Shown here piece by piece: positions 1 to 16,155 of a stretch of DNA of 64,000 nucleotides. The translations under genes were made by a program, and so were the position numbers. The number at the start of each line of letters is the position of its first letter. Position 1 is the stretch's first letter. The DNA lies in contig OZ024757.1 in NCBI GenBank assembly GCA_964016885.1, positions 36,890,001-36,954,000 on the forward strand. The letters are read 5' to 3'. The notes beneath the pieces were generated by a model. The model had not been told where the DNA came from, searched no databases, and saw only the letters and a program-made list of their open reading frames with translations. This DNA is from Eledone cirrhosa (taxonomy: Eukaryota).

Positions 1-340
1 CCACCACCAACATCATAAAGGAGTGATTTGGGGGTTTGTTACATATATACATATATATATGTATATATATATGTTCTATAGTGACTGGCAGGCTGGGTTA
101 TGTAAAACGTAAATGGTAGGTGTTTAGCTTGGAAACAACACAGGCAGTTGTTGCCATTGGTAAATATTTACAGTATTGACATCAACAACTACTACAACAT
201 CAGCCTTGACAACATCAACATTACAACAGTAACAGCATAACAACTACACCAACATAACAAAAACTGTAACTGCAGCACAACAGTAACATCAACATAACAG
301 CATAACAACAACACCAACATAACTAAAACTGTAGCAGCAA

Positions 341-577
341 CACAACAGTAACATCAACATAACAACAGATGTGACAGTACCGCAACAGTGACATCAACAT
401 AACAACAGATGTGACAGTACCACAACAGTGACATCAACATAACAACAGATGTGACAGTACCACAACAGTGACATCAACATAACAACAGATGTGACAGTAC
501 CACAACAGTGACATCAACATAACAACAGATGTGACAGTACCACAACAGTGACATCAACATAACAACAGATGTGACAG
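341..577. repeat. 40-bp minisatellite, about 6 copies
   Basis: Unit cacaacagtgacatcaacataacaacagatgtgacagtac. Confidence 0.9.
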
Positions 578-647
578 CAACATAACACTAATTATCAAGA
601 TTGATGACATCACCACCATCACTACTAACAACAACACTACCAGCATC

Positions 648-678
<31 letters not shown>

Positions 679-974
679 CTACCATCACTACCACCATCAC
701 CATCACGACCAACAACACTACCACCATCACCAGCGCCAACAACAACAACACCACCACCACCACCACAATCACTACCACCACCACCACCACCACCATTACA
801 ATAATCATCATCATCATTGTAGTCACTATTACTGAACTGCAAACATATAGCTATACCACAACAACAACAACAACAACAACAACATCATCATCAACAGCAT
901 AAACAACAACGACAACACTACTGTTGGATCTCTTCATATAATAGTAATAATAATGACACCACCCCGCCACCGCC

Positions 975-1008
<34 letters not shown>

Positions 1009-1358
1009 TTGTCACACTACGTAGTCGGTAGACACACGGCAGCAACAATAACATCAACATCATCAACAACAATAACATAGTATATAAAGTACTCTATATA
1101 TATATCTTCTACTCTCTCTCTCTCACACACAGACGCACGCACGCACGCACACATACATACATACACACACACACACAGTTCCCCCTTCCTCTCTCTATAC
1201 ATATAGACACGTTCACGCACCTGTTCATATATTATCTCCCTTTGTCAATTTAGTTATCTCTCTGTTTATTTATCAGTCCGTCTGTCGCTTTGTCTATCTC
1301 TCTCTCTATATCTATCTATCTGTCTCTCTCTCTCTCTATATATATATCTATCTATCTG

Positions 1359-1455
<97 letters not shown>

Positions 1456-1843
1456 TATCGGTCTATCTGTCTATTTACCTATCTATATACATAAACATAG
1501 TTATTTATCTATCTACCCCCCCTCTTTCTTTCTCTCTATCTCTTTCCCTCTCTGTCACTCAGTCGAAATCTATCTATCTATCTATCTATCTACCTATCTA
1601 CCTATCCTCCTACAAACTTGATTTTCATTCGGGTCAAGAGATAGAGCGGGGGGAGACAGAGAGAGAAAGAGAGAGAGAGGGGGCGGTGTGTTGGAGGAGA
1701 AGGAAGAGGAGTGAGAAAGTGTATGTGTGTGTGAGGTCGAGTGAGTAAGTGTGTGCAAGTGTGTGTGTGTCTTACAGGTGAAACAGAAGTGAAACTAACA
1801 TTTAGGAAGGACGACACTTAATATGTAAATATATACACACATA

Positions 1844-1957
<114 letters not shown>

Positions 1958-2029
1958 AAATAAGAGGAAAGCAGTTGTCTTCTGGAGATTATGGACATTT
2001 CTACGCATTAAAGACAGGAGTTTATATAC

Positions 2030-2066
<37 letters not shown>

Positions 2067-2581
2067 TAAACAAATAATGAATAAAACAATTCCTTATATT
2101 AAACAAAAATATTTAATGTTTAATATTTTATCTTGACTCTGTATACCGTTTATCTTTCACCGAAAGTGGATTTTCATTACATCTCTTCTTTCCATGATAT
2201 CCGGAATACATTGAGTTCTTCATACGGATTGGACACTACCGTAAACTCTTGGTAGATTTATCTACATATATATATATATATATATACTCTTTTACCTGTT
2301 CCAGCCATGCTGGGGCGCCGCCCTTGATAAGAGACCAACACAGAGATACAATTACACAAACGTCTTATTGTTATCAGGCTTGTTGGAGACAAACAAAAAG
2401 ACACTGCAAAGTTTTCAGCTTAGACTCTTGAGTCACATACACTGCTCACATGTATTGAGTGCTCTCTCTCTCTCACACACACATATGTATATATATATAT
2501 ATGTATATATATGTATATATATGTTAAGTATTTCCGAAGAAAAAGCAAAGGAAAAAAAGAGTGCTCTATTTATAAAACCCT

Positions 2582-2649
2582 CTCTGTCTGATGAGCGACC
2601 TAGGTAGACGTTAACATTGTCTAGAGTCCTGAAACCTTTGGTAATGGAG
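2582..2649 (+). ncRNA. Hammerhead ribozyme motif (family A)
   Basis: CUCUGU-CUGAUGA-GCGACCUAG..CUAGAGUCCU-GAAA-CCuuuG-GUA^AUGGAG; stem I has 6 bp including G-U pairs. Confidence 0.65.
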
Positions 2650-2677
2650 TAGTTATATATTGTGTTCACTTTCTAAT

Positions 2678-2730
<53 letters not shown>

Positions 2731-3003
2731 TTAAAGTTTAAGCAAAGAATCGCTGCTTTCACCCTTAACGGGATCTACAATACAAAGACCAAAATCCAGT
2801 AAGGAGTCGATAAGGGTTGTATATATATATAAGTGGTCTACCTGTTGAATTATCCCCCATCCCACCGCACTCCATCTCCAATACTCACATAACAGGCAAT
2901 GAAGCAAGGACACGCCCATAATCACACACATGTCACACACAGCTACACGGAAATCGGGATAGATCTGTCTATACTGATGAGATAGTTGTGGACATACACA
3001 CAC

Positions 3004-3061
<58 letters not shown>

Positions 3062-3242
3062 ATGTGGTTGACGGCTGAGAGAAAAGAGTACTCAATACCG
3101 AAATATTGAGTTATATATACATTTTATTAAGGCTAAACTAATAATTCTTGTTACTCTGAAGTTTCGATAATTTTCCACAGGGTCACCAGATATATATCAA
3201 TCGAAACGGCTTGAGCTCTGCCGTCGGAGTCCTGACTCTTTA

Positions 3243-3279
<37 letters not shown>

Positions 3280-3678
3280 GTACATACACGTATTTATACA
3301 GCTATATATATATATATATATAACATTTACGAAGTTGAACCTTTTTTGACAAACAGGATTTAAAAGTAAATAAAACGTTTTGTCATTATGAATAGCCAAC
3401 ACTACCAACACTACCAACACTACCACAGCCGCAATCATGCCCATTGTAACCACCACAAGCACAACCATCCCCACCATAACCACCACCATCACCGCCAATA
3501 CTCTCTTTAAGACTAAGTACTCGGTTCTCTTTCAGAACCAAACCGCTTCATATATATAAGGAAGGGAAATTAAATAACTACTGAAAAAATAAAACCGACA
3601 AAGTTTGCCATTATGTATGTAATATGGAACGAACCCTAGAAATAATATATTTCCCCCCACATTCTTTCCCGAGGGACA

Positions 3679-4650
3679 GCAAACACTATAGGACCTCTAA
3701 TTTTCACCACTACCCTCCCCCTCTCCAACAAGACAAACACTATAGGACCTCTAATTTTCACCACTACCGCCCCCCCTCTCCAACAAGACAAACACTATAG
3801 GACCTCTAATCTTCACCACTACCGCCCCCCTCTCCAACAAGACAAACACTATAGGACCTCTAATTTTCACCACTACCGCCCCCCCCTCTCCAACAAGACA
3901 AACACTATAGGAACTCTAATCTTCACCACTACCGCCCCCCCCCCCTCTCCAACAAGACAAACACTATAGGACCTCTAATTTTCACCACTACCGCCCCCCC
4001 TCTCCAACAAGACAAACACTATAGGACCTCTAATTTTCACCACTACCGCCCCCCCCTCTCCAACAAGACAAACACTATAGGAACTCTAATCTTCACCACT
4101 ACCGCCCCCCCTCTCCAACAAGACAAACACTATAGGAACTCTAATCTTCACCACTACCCTCCCTCTCCAACAAGACAAACACTATAGGACCTCTAATCTT
4201 CACCACTACCGCCCCCCTCTCCAACAAGACAAACACTATAGGAACTCTAATCTTCACCACTACCCTCCCTCGCTAACAAGAAAAACACTATAGGACCTCT
4301 AATCTTCACCACTACCCTCCCTCTCCAACAAGACAAACACTATAGGAACTCTAATCTTCACCACTACCCTCCCTCTCCAACAAGACAAACACTATAGGAC
4401 CTCTAATCTTCACCACTACCCTCCCTCTCCAACAAGACAAACACTATAGGAACTCTAATCTTCACCACTACCCTCCCTCTCCAACAAGACAAACACTATA
4501 GGACCTCTAATCTTCACCACTACCCACCCTCGCTAACAAGACAAACACTATAGGACCTCTAATCTTCACCACTACCCTCCCTCGCTAACAAGACAAACAC
4601 TATAGGACCTCTAATCTTCACCACTACCCTCCCTCGCTAACAAGACAAAT
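3679..4650. repeat. About 52-58-bp minisatellite, about 18 copies
   Basis: Unit aaacactataggacctctaat(c/t)ttcaccactacc(g/c)ccccctctccaacaagac with a variable C-run. Confidence 0.95.
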
Positions 4651-5135
4651 ACAGCCAGACCTCTGATCAAAGCAATTCAATTAAATGGTTTAGGTCGTGC
4701 CAAGGTAGTGTTTGTACTGAGGGGAGGGGATAGTTTTAAATAAATTTACCCGCCATCACATTGCATTTTGTTAGGGGAACGGGGCAAGTTTCTGTCAGAA
4801 CATCTTAAAATTTACATGTTACAGAAAACTTGTGAAAGAAATTCTGAATTTTCTGACACATATTTGTAAGACAGTTTTAATCCCATCATATTTTCATTTG
4901 CATATAAACAGCATATATATATATATATAGTTGAAATGAACGAACAAAACGCAGGAGGCAATTGTCCACAGATGTATTAGTTTCACGCTTGGTGGAAGTG
5001 GAGGAGCCCCCCCCCCCCCCTCTCCGACATTGCACAGCTGATCAAATATTCACTCTAGAGCAGAGCAGGTATTTGAGAAATCGAGGAAGTGTTACCAAGG
5101 CTGCTTGTGTGTGCATATATATGTATGTATATATA

Positions 5136-5205
<70 letters not shown>

Positions 5206-5413
5206 TATTTATTAAAATAACAGATTAAAGTTTAAGCAAAGAATCGCTGCTTTTACCCTTAACGGGATCTTCTGAAACTTTAATCTGTTATTTTAATAAA
5301 TATTTGCTCTAGGGTTCTCTTATATATCTATCATTATCGAGCGCTCTTTGGATTTTAGTCTTCACATTTATTATTATTACTATATATATACATACATATT
5401 CAACCCGGAATAA

Positions 5414-5478
<65 letters not shown>

Positions 5479-5803
5479 TTCCCAAATGAATGAAGGAAAA
5501 GCTTTAAACAAACAATACTCATCAATCTAAAGTTATAATACTAGGGCGGGTAAAATTCCCGAGATCCATGGACGAGTTCTCTCCAGCAGTCTCTGTCCCT
5601 CATTATCGCTGCCATGTCCTGCGTCTCCAACAGACCAGTGTCTGTCCTTAGGGCATAAACATACGTTAACCTTGGTCTTCCTTTCCAATGTTAGATGAGG
5701 TCACGGTTAGATAGGATGAAGGAACTCAACTGCTTGAATACTACATTAAAAACCTTTCTCCCAGAAAGTATGAAATTATGAAGAAGCATATATATACATA
5801 ATT

Positions 5804-5869
<66 letters not shown>

Positions 5870-5871
5870 AA

Positions 5872-5960
<89 letters not shown>

Positions 5961-6215
5961 CATATATATATATATAATACATATATATATATAATACATA
6001 TATATATATAATACATATATATAATAGATATATATATATAATACATATATATATATATATATAATACATATATATATAATACATATATATATAATACATA
6101 TATATATATAATAGATATATATATATATAATACATATATATATATATATATAATAGATATATATATATATAATACATATAAATATATAATATATATATAT
6201 ATAATATATATATAA

Positions 6216-6249
<34 letters not shown>

Positions 6250-6263
6250 ATACATACATACAT

Positions 6264-6310
<47 letters not shown>

Positions 6311-6430
6311 GGACAATAAGAAAGCCACCCGGTCCACCCTATTCATCGGTGGAATAATAGACACCTAAGAAGACAAACGAGTTTTTACAGTGTTTTATAT
6401 ACAGAAACACACCCTCACACACATATATAC

Positions 6431-6470
<40 letters not shown>

Positions 6471-6601
6471 GGTTATTGTAATATACAGGCGTTAGGTGTA
6501 GCGTGTCTGAGTCTGTGTCTGTATGTACGTCAGAGTCTCCCGTGTAGTTCTGTCGTTGACAGCCGAGTGAGAAAGTTTTAGAGGCAAAAAAAAAAAAAAA
6601 G

Positions 6602-6634
6602 ATGTCAGTGTCGTACAAGGCAAAGTTTCAACAG
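6602..6634 (+). CDS. Possible short first coding exon MSVSYKAKFQQ
   Basis: ATG after an A-run, phase-0 CAG|GTGAGA donor and a CpG-containing upstream island. The protein is not recognised. Confidence 0.2.
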
Positions 6635-6955
6635 GTGAGATTATTCACTTCTTAACAGTTTGTTTGAGCGTGTGTGTATATAGAGTAAATTTACATATAT
6701 ATATATATATATATTTCAGGGTATGTCAATATTTATTTATAAAACTAATCTGTATTGTATTTTATCTGATGAAAGCGCACCATAATTTGCCTTGGTGGCC
6801 CTTGATGTATGTATAATAAAATAAATATGGTTTTATAAATATAGTTTCCATTTGTTAATATATTGTATATTTACTCCAATAATTTGTTGAGTGCTTTATA
6901 TCAGTTATAAAAATATTTTTAGCTTGTTGTATCCCAACAAATTAAATATAACCTC

Positions 6956-7014
<59 letters not shown>

Positions 7015-7488
7015 TTATTAAAATAACAGATAAAAGTTTAAGCATTTGATATATAGTTATCCTTATCGAGCCCTCTTTGGATTTTAGTCTTCACATTTAT
7101 TATTATTACTATATATATATATGTATATGTATATATATGACGATATAAAAACTGCTGAAGTATTAATAATATAAATAACAATAATATTATTATTAACAAT
7201 AATTATATAAATAATTATTTATTATTATAACAATGGAGATTTTAATAAAGAAAGCAGTGATTAATAATGATAATAATAACGATAATAATCATTATTGCAG
7301 CTTAGTTGATTCTTAAAACAACAATTACTGAACGAGTTTGTAAGATATTTCAAGACCAAACACACCTCCACACACATACACACATACACACATACACCCA
7401 CTTTTACATACCTATACACACCACACGTCATTCTCCCCCCTCTTTCTTTCTTTACCCCTCCCTTCTCTCTCTCTCTCTACACACACAC

Positions 7489-7521
<33 letters not shown>

Positions 7522-7577
7522 ATATATACTTATATTAAATCAAATATAAATTCCCCAACATATTCACTTTATCACCT

Positions 7578-7688
<111 letters not shown>

Positions 7689-7882
7689 CGGTCTATTTCC
7701 TTCTTCAGCCCCTATATCTAACTTCTCTCCTTTATAATTGCTGGTGTGCCACATACCACAGTATTATACACCACACTTCGCCACTCTCTTACATAATTCT
7801 CACATATATAATTAAATATTATTAATTATACCAATATACACACATCTTGCTCTCTCTATCTCTCTGTATATATACTCAGATA

Positions 7883-7932
<50 letters not shown>

Positions 7933-8929
7933 CCTACATATATTTATATATATATATATACCTATATATATACATACCTACACACACACACACACATATA
8001 TATATACCTACATATATTTATATATATATATATATATATATATACCTATATATATACATACCTACTCACACACACATATATATATATATATACCTACATA
8101 TATTTATATATATATATACCAATATATATATACATACCTACACACACACACACACACAAATCTATATATACCTACATATATTTATATATATATACATATA
8201 TATACCCCCACACTCACACACACATATATATACACATACAGATCCGCAAATATACACACATACCCATATACATACAAACACGCACACACATACATATCTA
8301 CATACATACTTACACACATACATACACACATCAATAAATACATACACCCATATACATACCTACATACATATAAACACACACACGCACGCACATACACACA
8401 CACACATACATACACACGTACCTACACACATACATACCTACCTACACACACACACATATACATACCTACCTATACACACACACATACACACATACCTACA
8501 CACACACGCACATCCACCCACATACCTACACACGCTTACACACACTTGCACACACACATACATACATCCCTATACACATCCCCCCCCCACACACACAGCA
8601 CCCAATCACACCACTCCACTGCTGACAATTTTCTTTTTATATTATTTTAAAAAAACCCAAAAGAATAATAAATAATTAATAAATAATTAAACAAAACTAA
8701 ACAAAACAAAACCAACTAAAACAAAGCAAGACAAGACAAGACAGACAGACAGACAGACAGTTAATTAAAACTTGTTGGTAAGTGGGGGGAGAAGGGTGTG
8801 TGTGTAAATATAAGATTAGAAATATATATATATATACACACGCACATACATATATATATATACATATTCACACACACATATATATACATATTCACACACA
8901 CATATATATATACATATATGCACATACAC

Positions 8930-8981
<52 letters not shown>

Positions 8982-10010
8982 TACATTCATACACATATAG
9001 ACACACACTCTTTCTGTCTCTCACTCTCTCTCTCTCTCTTTCTCACTCTCTCTCACATATATATATATATATATATATACATATATATATTCTGTTAAAG
9101 CCAGCTTCAGGTCACACATATATATATACATATATACACAAATAAATAATTATATATATATATCACACACACACACACTTATACACACACACACACTCTC
9201 TCTCTCTCACATACACACACTCTCTCTCTCACAGACACACTCATATACACACACACTCTCTCTCTCACACATATACACATACACTCTCTTTCTCTCTCTC
9301 TCACACACACACACATATATATACACACACACTCTCACTCACACATACACTCACAAACTCTCTCTCTCTCTCTCTCACACACACACTCACATATACATAC
9401 ACACACACACACTCTCTCTCTCACACACATACACTCATATACACACACACATACACACACAAACTATCTCTCTCACACACACACACACTCACATATACAT
9501 ACACACACACTCTCTCTCTCTCTCTCTTTCACACACCCACACCCACACACATATATATATTGTGATAAAGCCAGCCTCAGGTCTCTTCTAGTTGAATGTC
9601 TGTCTTCTGGGAAGGGTGAAGTCGCCTCCTAATCTTTATCTTTATATAAGAGATATCGTGGAAGCTTTTATTGTTGAAGTTTACATGGGCGCAAAGTTTG
9701 CTATAATCAGCCCTGCTTTTCTTTTTGGATAAGATTAAGAGGGTCTATATGTTTTGGTGATTACAATATCGTGAGTAACAACACGGGTATAGGGGGTGGA
9801 AGAAGAGGAGGAAATAGAAGGGGAAGAAGGAAAAAGAAGAGGGTGTTTGAAATTTAAAAAAGAACGATCACATAAACACACACACACACGCACACACATA
9901 TATACACAGGCACACACACATATATATATACACAGGCACATATACACAGATACATACACATATACATACATATATATACACACACACACGCACACACATA
10001 TATACACAGG

Positions 10011-10042
<32 letters not shown>

Positions 10043-10289
10043 CACAGACACATATATACACAGATACATACACATACACATATATACACACACACACGTA
10101 CACACATATATATACACAGGCACACACACACATATATACACAGACACATATATACACACATATACACAGATACACACACACACAGAAAGCATCTGGTTTC
10201 ACACACACATACACATTGAACCAAGAAGAAAGCAGGTTATTTATTCAGCTTTCTCCCCCAACCCAATCACCCCCACCCCCCAAACTCAC

Positions 10290-10425
10290 CTGGTATTTCG
10301 GAAGGGCAGACCGACGAACAGTCAGACTGAGCAGTAAGGGTCGCAGTGGCCTGATAAAACCCACATATTTGATAAACAAACATATCTTCCTTGCTTTGAA
10401 GCTCTGTCAAAACCTGTTGCTCAAT
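10290..10425 (-). CDS. Candidate internal exon of an unidentified gene ([45 protein letters not shown], phase 0 to 1)
   Basis: Poly-T-ACAG acceptor and CAG|GTGAGT donor on the minus strand. It is a 136-nt island of complex sequence between microsatellites with only one open frame. Confidence 0.6.
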
Positions 10426-11616
10426 CTGTAAAAAAAAAAAACTATCGTGTCTATATATATATATATATACATAAATATATATATATATACACACACATAT
10501 ATATTTATATATACATAGATATACATATATATTATATATATGTGTGTGTGTATATATGTATATATATATATATATATGCACAGTCCCCCATGTATACGAT
10601 ATATGTATAAAACTTTTTGAAGTTTCGGTCAAACTTTTATCGAGGTAGTTACTTTAAAATAAGATCAAATATTAACAGAAATACCCCCCCCCCCCCGACA
10701 CACACACATATACAGAGATACATACTCATACACACACACGCACGTACATACACTTACACACATACTGATGCAGACACATAGATACTGATACAGACATACA
10801 TACTCATACACACACACATACATACTGATACATACACACACATACATACATACTGACAACACTCCCCTCCCCTAAAACATACTCACACACGCACACATAC
10901 TGATATAGACACACACATACATACTCATACAGACACATATATACCGATACACACACACATACTTACCCCCCCCCCCCTTAAAAAAACACCAACACAATAC
11001 AACAACAAAAGTCTGGGGGTAAAGAAGAAAAGAAATAGAGAACGAAATCTTTAACAAGTCGCCATTTAAAGAGGTTCTTACGAAATAACAGGATATCCTT
11101 TCTGGCTTGGCTAGGCTGGCTTACCTGTCCAAATTTTTACCTGCCTGCTGGGCCTTGGGGGATTGATTCCATCCTGCTGTTTCTACAACGACTTACAGTA
11201 CCCTATACTATACACCACACCACACCACACCGCACACAAAGGTGGACTTAAAAATCGCATCATACCTGTACACAAAGGTGGACTTAAATATATGGCATCA
11301 TACCTGTACACAAAGGTGGATTTAGAATACCTGTACTCTAAGGTGGATTTATTATATGATACCATACCTGTACACTAAGGTGGATTTATAATATCGTACC
11401 ATACAATACGTGTACACCAAGGTGGATTTACAGACTTATACATCATACCCTTACTCCAAGTGGACTTAATTCCAAGTTTAAAAACAGTCTATATAAAGTA
11501 AACATCACTTCTGTGAGTATATATATAATATAATATATATCTATATAATATAATATATATTTATATACACCATATAATATATAGCAATATTATATATATA
11601 TTTATACAACATATAA

Positions 11617-11658
<42 letters not shown>

Positions 11659-13431
11659 CCATCTTTTATCATTTTTATTCTATAATGTTTTGAAAAAAAA
11701 AAGCATTTTAACCATTGATATTTTTTACTCTTTTACCTGTTGCAGCCAACCGGCTGAGGCCATGCTGGGGCACCATCCTTGTTTTTATTTACATTTCTAT
11801 TTCTCTTGATATTAAAAGATGAATTCAGGAAAAAATCACAAGAAAAGTTTCTTGAGATATTTTCCTGAATGAAACCACATTAGTAAGACATTCTTGAAAA
11901 GTACAGAACAGCACTATGACTGCATCACATAAAAAATTAAAGTCTTTATTCTAATACTGTAAATATTTTATAGTGATCTGTCCACTAGTAAAGATACTAT
12001 AAACATTTGAAATAACAAACCACATGAAGCCTCATTAACATGACATTATGACTGCATCACATTAACCTTTAACATACTGTACTGCATGAAACCACATTAA
12101 CAAGACTCTCTTGAAAAGTATAAAACAGCATCATGACTGCATAAGATTAAATATTGAAGTCGACACTATAAATATTTGAATTATCAAACCTGTTTTCAGA
12201 TATTTTCTGATAAATTATTACAGGATGTTGAGAGTTTAAATTTGAAGTCCTTACTCTATCTAATACAGCAAATTTTTACAGTGATCTGTCAACTAGTAAA
12301 GATACTATAAATATTTGAATTATCAAACCTGGTTTCAGATATTTTCTGCTCAATCATTCCAGGATGTTGAGAGTTTAAATTTGAAGTCCTTACTCTATCT
12401 AATACAGCAAATGTTTACAGTGATCTGTCTACTAGTAAAGATACTATAAACATTGGAATTTTACAAACAGCTTTTTATATTAATTGAAAAGGTTTGAAGC
12501 GATGAGTGTATTTGAATTTTCGCAAAATTGGGGTATTCTTCATTTTTCTCCATAAGTCCTGCTCCACCTTTTTCGTCCCCATTTTCTCCTCTCTTCCCTT
12601 CTCTCTCTCTATAATCCTCTCATCTCCTACTTTAGATTCTCTTTCTTCCTTTTGCTCTCCATTCGATTCGAGGTTATATATCGCCCCCCCCCCCCCCCCC
12701 TTCCTCCAAAAAAAACAACAACATTTTTTTAACTATGCATATAGTATCCAGCTGTTTACAGCTACCCTCGCGCTGAGAATACTCCAAGCTTTTTATATAT
12801 TTTCTGCAAAACCAAGACAGAAATGTTAAGAGTTAATACCATAAGAAATGTGGTTTTATGCCGATTGATATTTGAAAGGTTTAACCCTTTAGTATTTACA
12901 TTACTCTATATATACTATTGTATTTTCACGGTAAAGGGTTTATCTCACATAATATCGAATCTATGAGATTTTGATATTATTTATTATGAGAACAATATCT
13001 TAACATCAGTATGAGCAGACAGTTACAGCTGGTTTGAACAGAAAGAGGTGAAAGAATTCTCTGGACGGATACGGCTGGTTTAAATGCTAAAGGGTTCATT
13101 TTCTTATGACACCACCACTACTGCCATGTGTGTGTGTGTGTATATATATAAACATATTTATTTATATATGTGTGTGTGTAAGTATGCAATAAAGCAATCA
13201 CTATATATGTGTGTGTATTTGTATGTATATATGTATCACAACATACGCACACCCCACTATACACACACAACACCACACACACACACTTGTAAAGGAAAAT
13301 GACGATAAGTGCACATGTACTATTACAGTACTTAGGAGACAATGTGTGTGTGTGTGTGTGTGTTCGTATGTGTATGTGTGTGTGTGTGTGTGTTTGTATA
13401 TGTGTGTGTGTGTGCACATGCATGTGCATAC

Positions 13432-13493
13432 GATTAGTCCAGATTTTGTTTGCCAGTTAAAATGGCTGCTACACTGCACCAGTTCATAATTCA
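13432..13493 (-). CDS. Candidate small exon (xNYELVQCSSHFNWQTKSGLI) of the same minus-strand gene
   Basis: catttttag-type acceptor and ATC|gtatgc donor around an open frame, in a unique island between microsatellites. Confidence 0.35.
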
Positions 13494-13518
13494 CTAAAAT
13501 GTATGTTGATTTAATATT

Positions 13519-13565
<47 letters not shown>

Positions 13566-14210
13566 CTGTGTGTATTTATATGCAGATATATTTGTTTGTT
13601 TTTATGTGTATGTATATATATATATGTATGCATATATATATGTGTATATGTGTGTGTATATATATATATGTGTGTGTATATATATATATGTGTGTGTATA
13701 TATATATATATGTGTGTGTATATATATGTGTGTGTATATATATATATATGTGTGTGTATATATATATGTGTGTGTATATGTATGTGTATGTATGTATATG
13801 TATGTATATATACATATATATATGTGTATGTATGTATGTATATATACATATATATATGTGTATGTATGTATATGTATGTATATATATACATATATATATG
13901 TGTGTGTATGTATGTATATGCATGTATATATATACATATATATATGTGTGTGTATGTATGTATATGTATGTATATATACATATATATATATGTGTATGTA
14001 TGTATATGTATGTATATATACATATATATATGTGTGTGTATGTATATGTATGTATATATACATATATATATATGTGTGTGTATGTATATGTATGTATATA
14101 TACATATATATATATGTGTGTGTATGTATATGTATGTATATATATACATATATATATGTGTGTGTATGTATATGTATGTATATATACATATATATATGTG
14201 TGTGTATGTG

Positions 14211-14241
<31 letters not shown>

Positions 14242-15214
14242 TCTAACCACTTCTCCAGAAAGTTTGTTATGAAACATCTCAGTAGCTGTTGCCATTAACA
14301 ACCAAACACAGCAGTGATTAAATCATTGATTGATATTTTTTAATTACTTGATTGTTCTGCCATATTGTTGTTTTAAAAACCTTCTTAACTGGAATATTAT
14401 TTCTGATGTTATGGATGCTCTGGTCAATACCCCCCCCCCCCCACCACCGGATAGTCTGGTTAATACACTACTACTACCAGCACCACCACCACCACCACTC
14501 GATGCTCTGGTCAATACACCACCACCACCACTACCACTGGATAGTCTGGTCAATACAGCACCACTACTAGATGGTTTGGTTGCTATACCACCACTGTAAG
14601 GTCTGGTCAATAAAATACTACCACTTGATGGTCTGGTCAATACACCCCCCCACCACCACCACCACCACCACCAGATAATCTAGTCAATACCACTACCCCC
14701 AGCACCACCACCACAAGACAGTTTGGTCAATATACCACTGGATGTCCTGGTCACTATATCACTTGATCTGCTCAATACACCACCACTGGATGGCTCGGTT
14801 GCTATACCACCACTGTAAGGCCTGGTCAATACAATACTACCACTTGATCACCCATTGCCAGTACAATCGGCAACAATGGGGAATGTGTGTATGTGTATGT
14901 CTATATATGTGCGTATGTGTGTGTACGTTTATGTATATGTGTGTATGTGTGTGTACGTATATGTGTGTATATGTGAATATATATGTATGTGTGTGTGTGT
15001 GTGTGTGTATGTGTGTGTGTGTGTGTGTGCACATGTGTATTTATGAGCTGGGTCAATGTATTTCCTGATTACTGAGAGAAAATCTGATGTCAAGTGTTAG
15101 GTTTAAAGTCTAATGATAAGGTAAGAACAACAGATAAATAATCACCTCATTATTATCTCCTACAACTAGGGTAGTAAATTAACAGTTAGAGTATATAACA
15201 GCCAGCAATGTATC

Positions 15215-16155
15215 CCAGTGGTTAGAGTGTCATACACGGTCGTTAGAGTGTCTTATACAGTCGTTAGAATGTCACACACAGTCGTTAGAATGTCTTATAC
15301 AGTCGTTAGAATGTCATACACAGTTGTTAGAGAGTCAGGCAGTCCTTAGAGTGTCAGACAGTCGTTAGTGTCAGACAGACGTTAGAGTGTCAGACACAGA
15401 CCTTAGAGAGGCAGACAGTCGTTAGAGTGTTGGACAAATGTGTAGCAGCATTTTACCGGGTCTTTACATTCTGACATACAATTGTGTCAGTGACCAGGTG
15501 ACAAACTGGAACCGTGTCTGTGACCAGGTCACAGTGTGACTGTCAGCGACCAGGTCACATAGACTGTCACTGACCAGGTCACAGTGTGACTGTGTCAGCG
15601 ACCAGGTCACAGTGTGACTGTGTCAGCGACCAGGTCACAATGTGACTGTGTCAGTGACCAAGTCACATAGACTGAGTCACTGACCAGGTCACGGTGTGAC
15701 TGTCAGCGACCAGGTCACAGTGTGACTGTGTCAACGAACAGGTCACAGCGTGACTGTGTTAGCGACCAGGTCACAGTGTGATTGTCAGTGACCAGGTCAC
15801 AGTATGACTGTCAGTGACCAGGTCAGTGTATGACTGTCAGTGACCAGGTCACAGTGTGACTGTCAGTGACCAGGTCACAGTTTGACTGTGTCAGTGACCA
15901 GGTCACAGTGTGACTGTGTCAGCCACCAGGTCACAGTGTTACTGTGTCCACGACCAAGTCACAGTGTTACTGAGTCAGTGACCAGGTCCAAGTTTGACTC
16001 AGTTTCCAAGTCACAGTTTGACTGTTAGTGACCAGATCACAGTATGCCTGTGTCAGTGACCAAGTCACAGTTTGACTGTGTTAGTGACCAGATCACAGTA
16101 TGCCTGTGTCAGTGGGGAGGTCACAGTTTGACTGTGTCAATGACCAGGTCACAGT
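15215..16155. repeat. Two adjacent minisatellites: about 21-bp (15215-15430) and about 24-26-bp quasi-palindromic (15485-16155)
   Basis: Units cagtcgttagagtgtcataca and cagtgaccaggtcacagtgtgactgt(gt). Confidence 0.9.

Noticed and set aside
2970-3120. Possible hammerhead split by a microsatellite in loop II
   Set aside because: The downstream half resembles family-B fragments and stem II pairing is weak; it may be coincidental.
12478-12793. Charged open frames on the minus strand around a poly-G run
   Set aside because: The sequence is purine-rich and low in complexity, and joining the frames needs an assumed frameshift.
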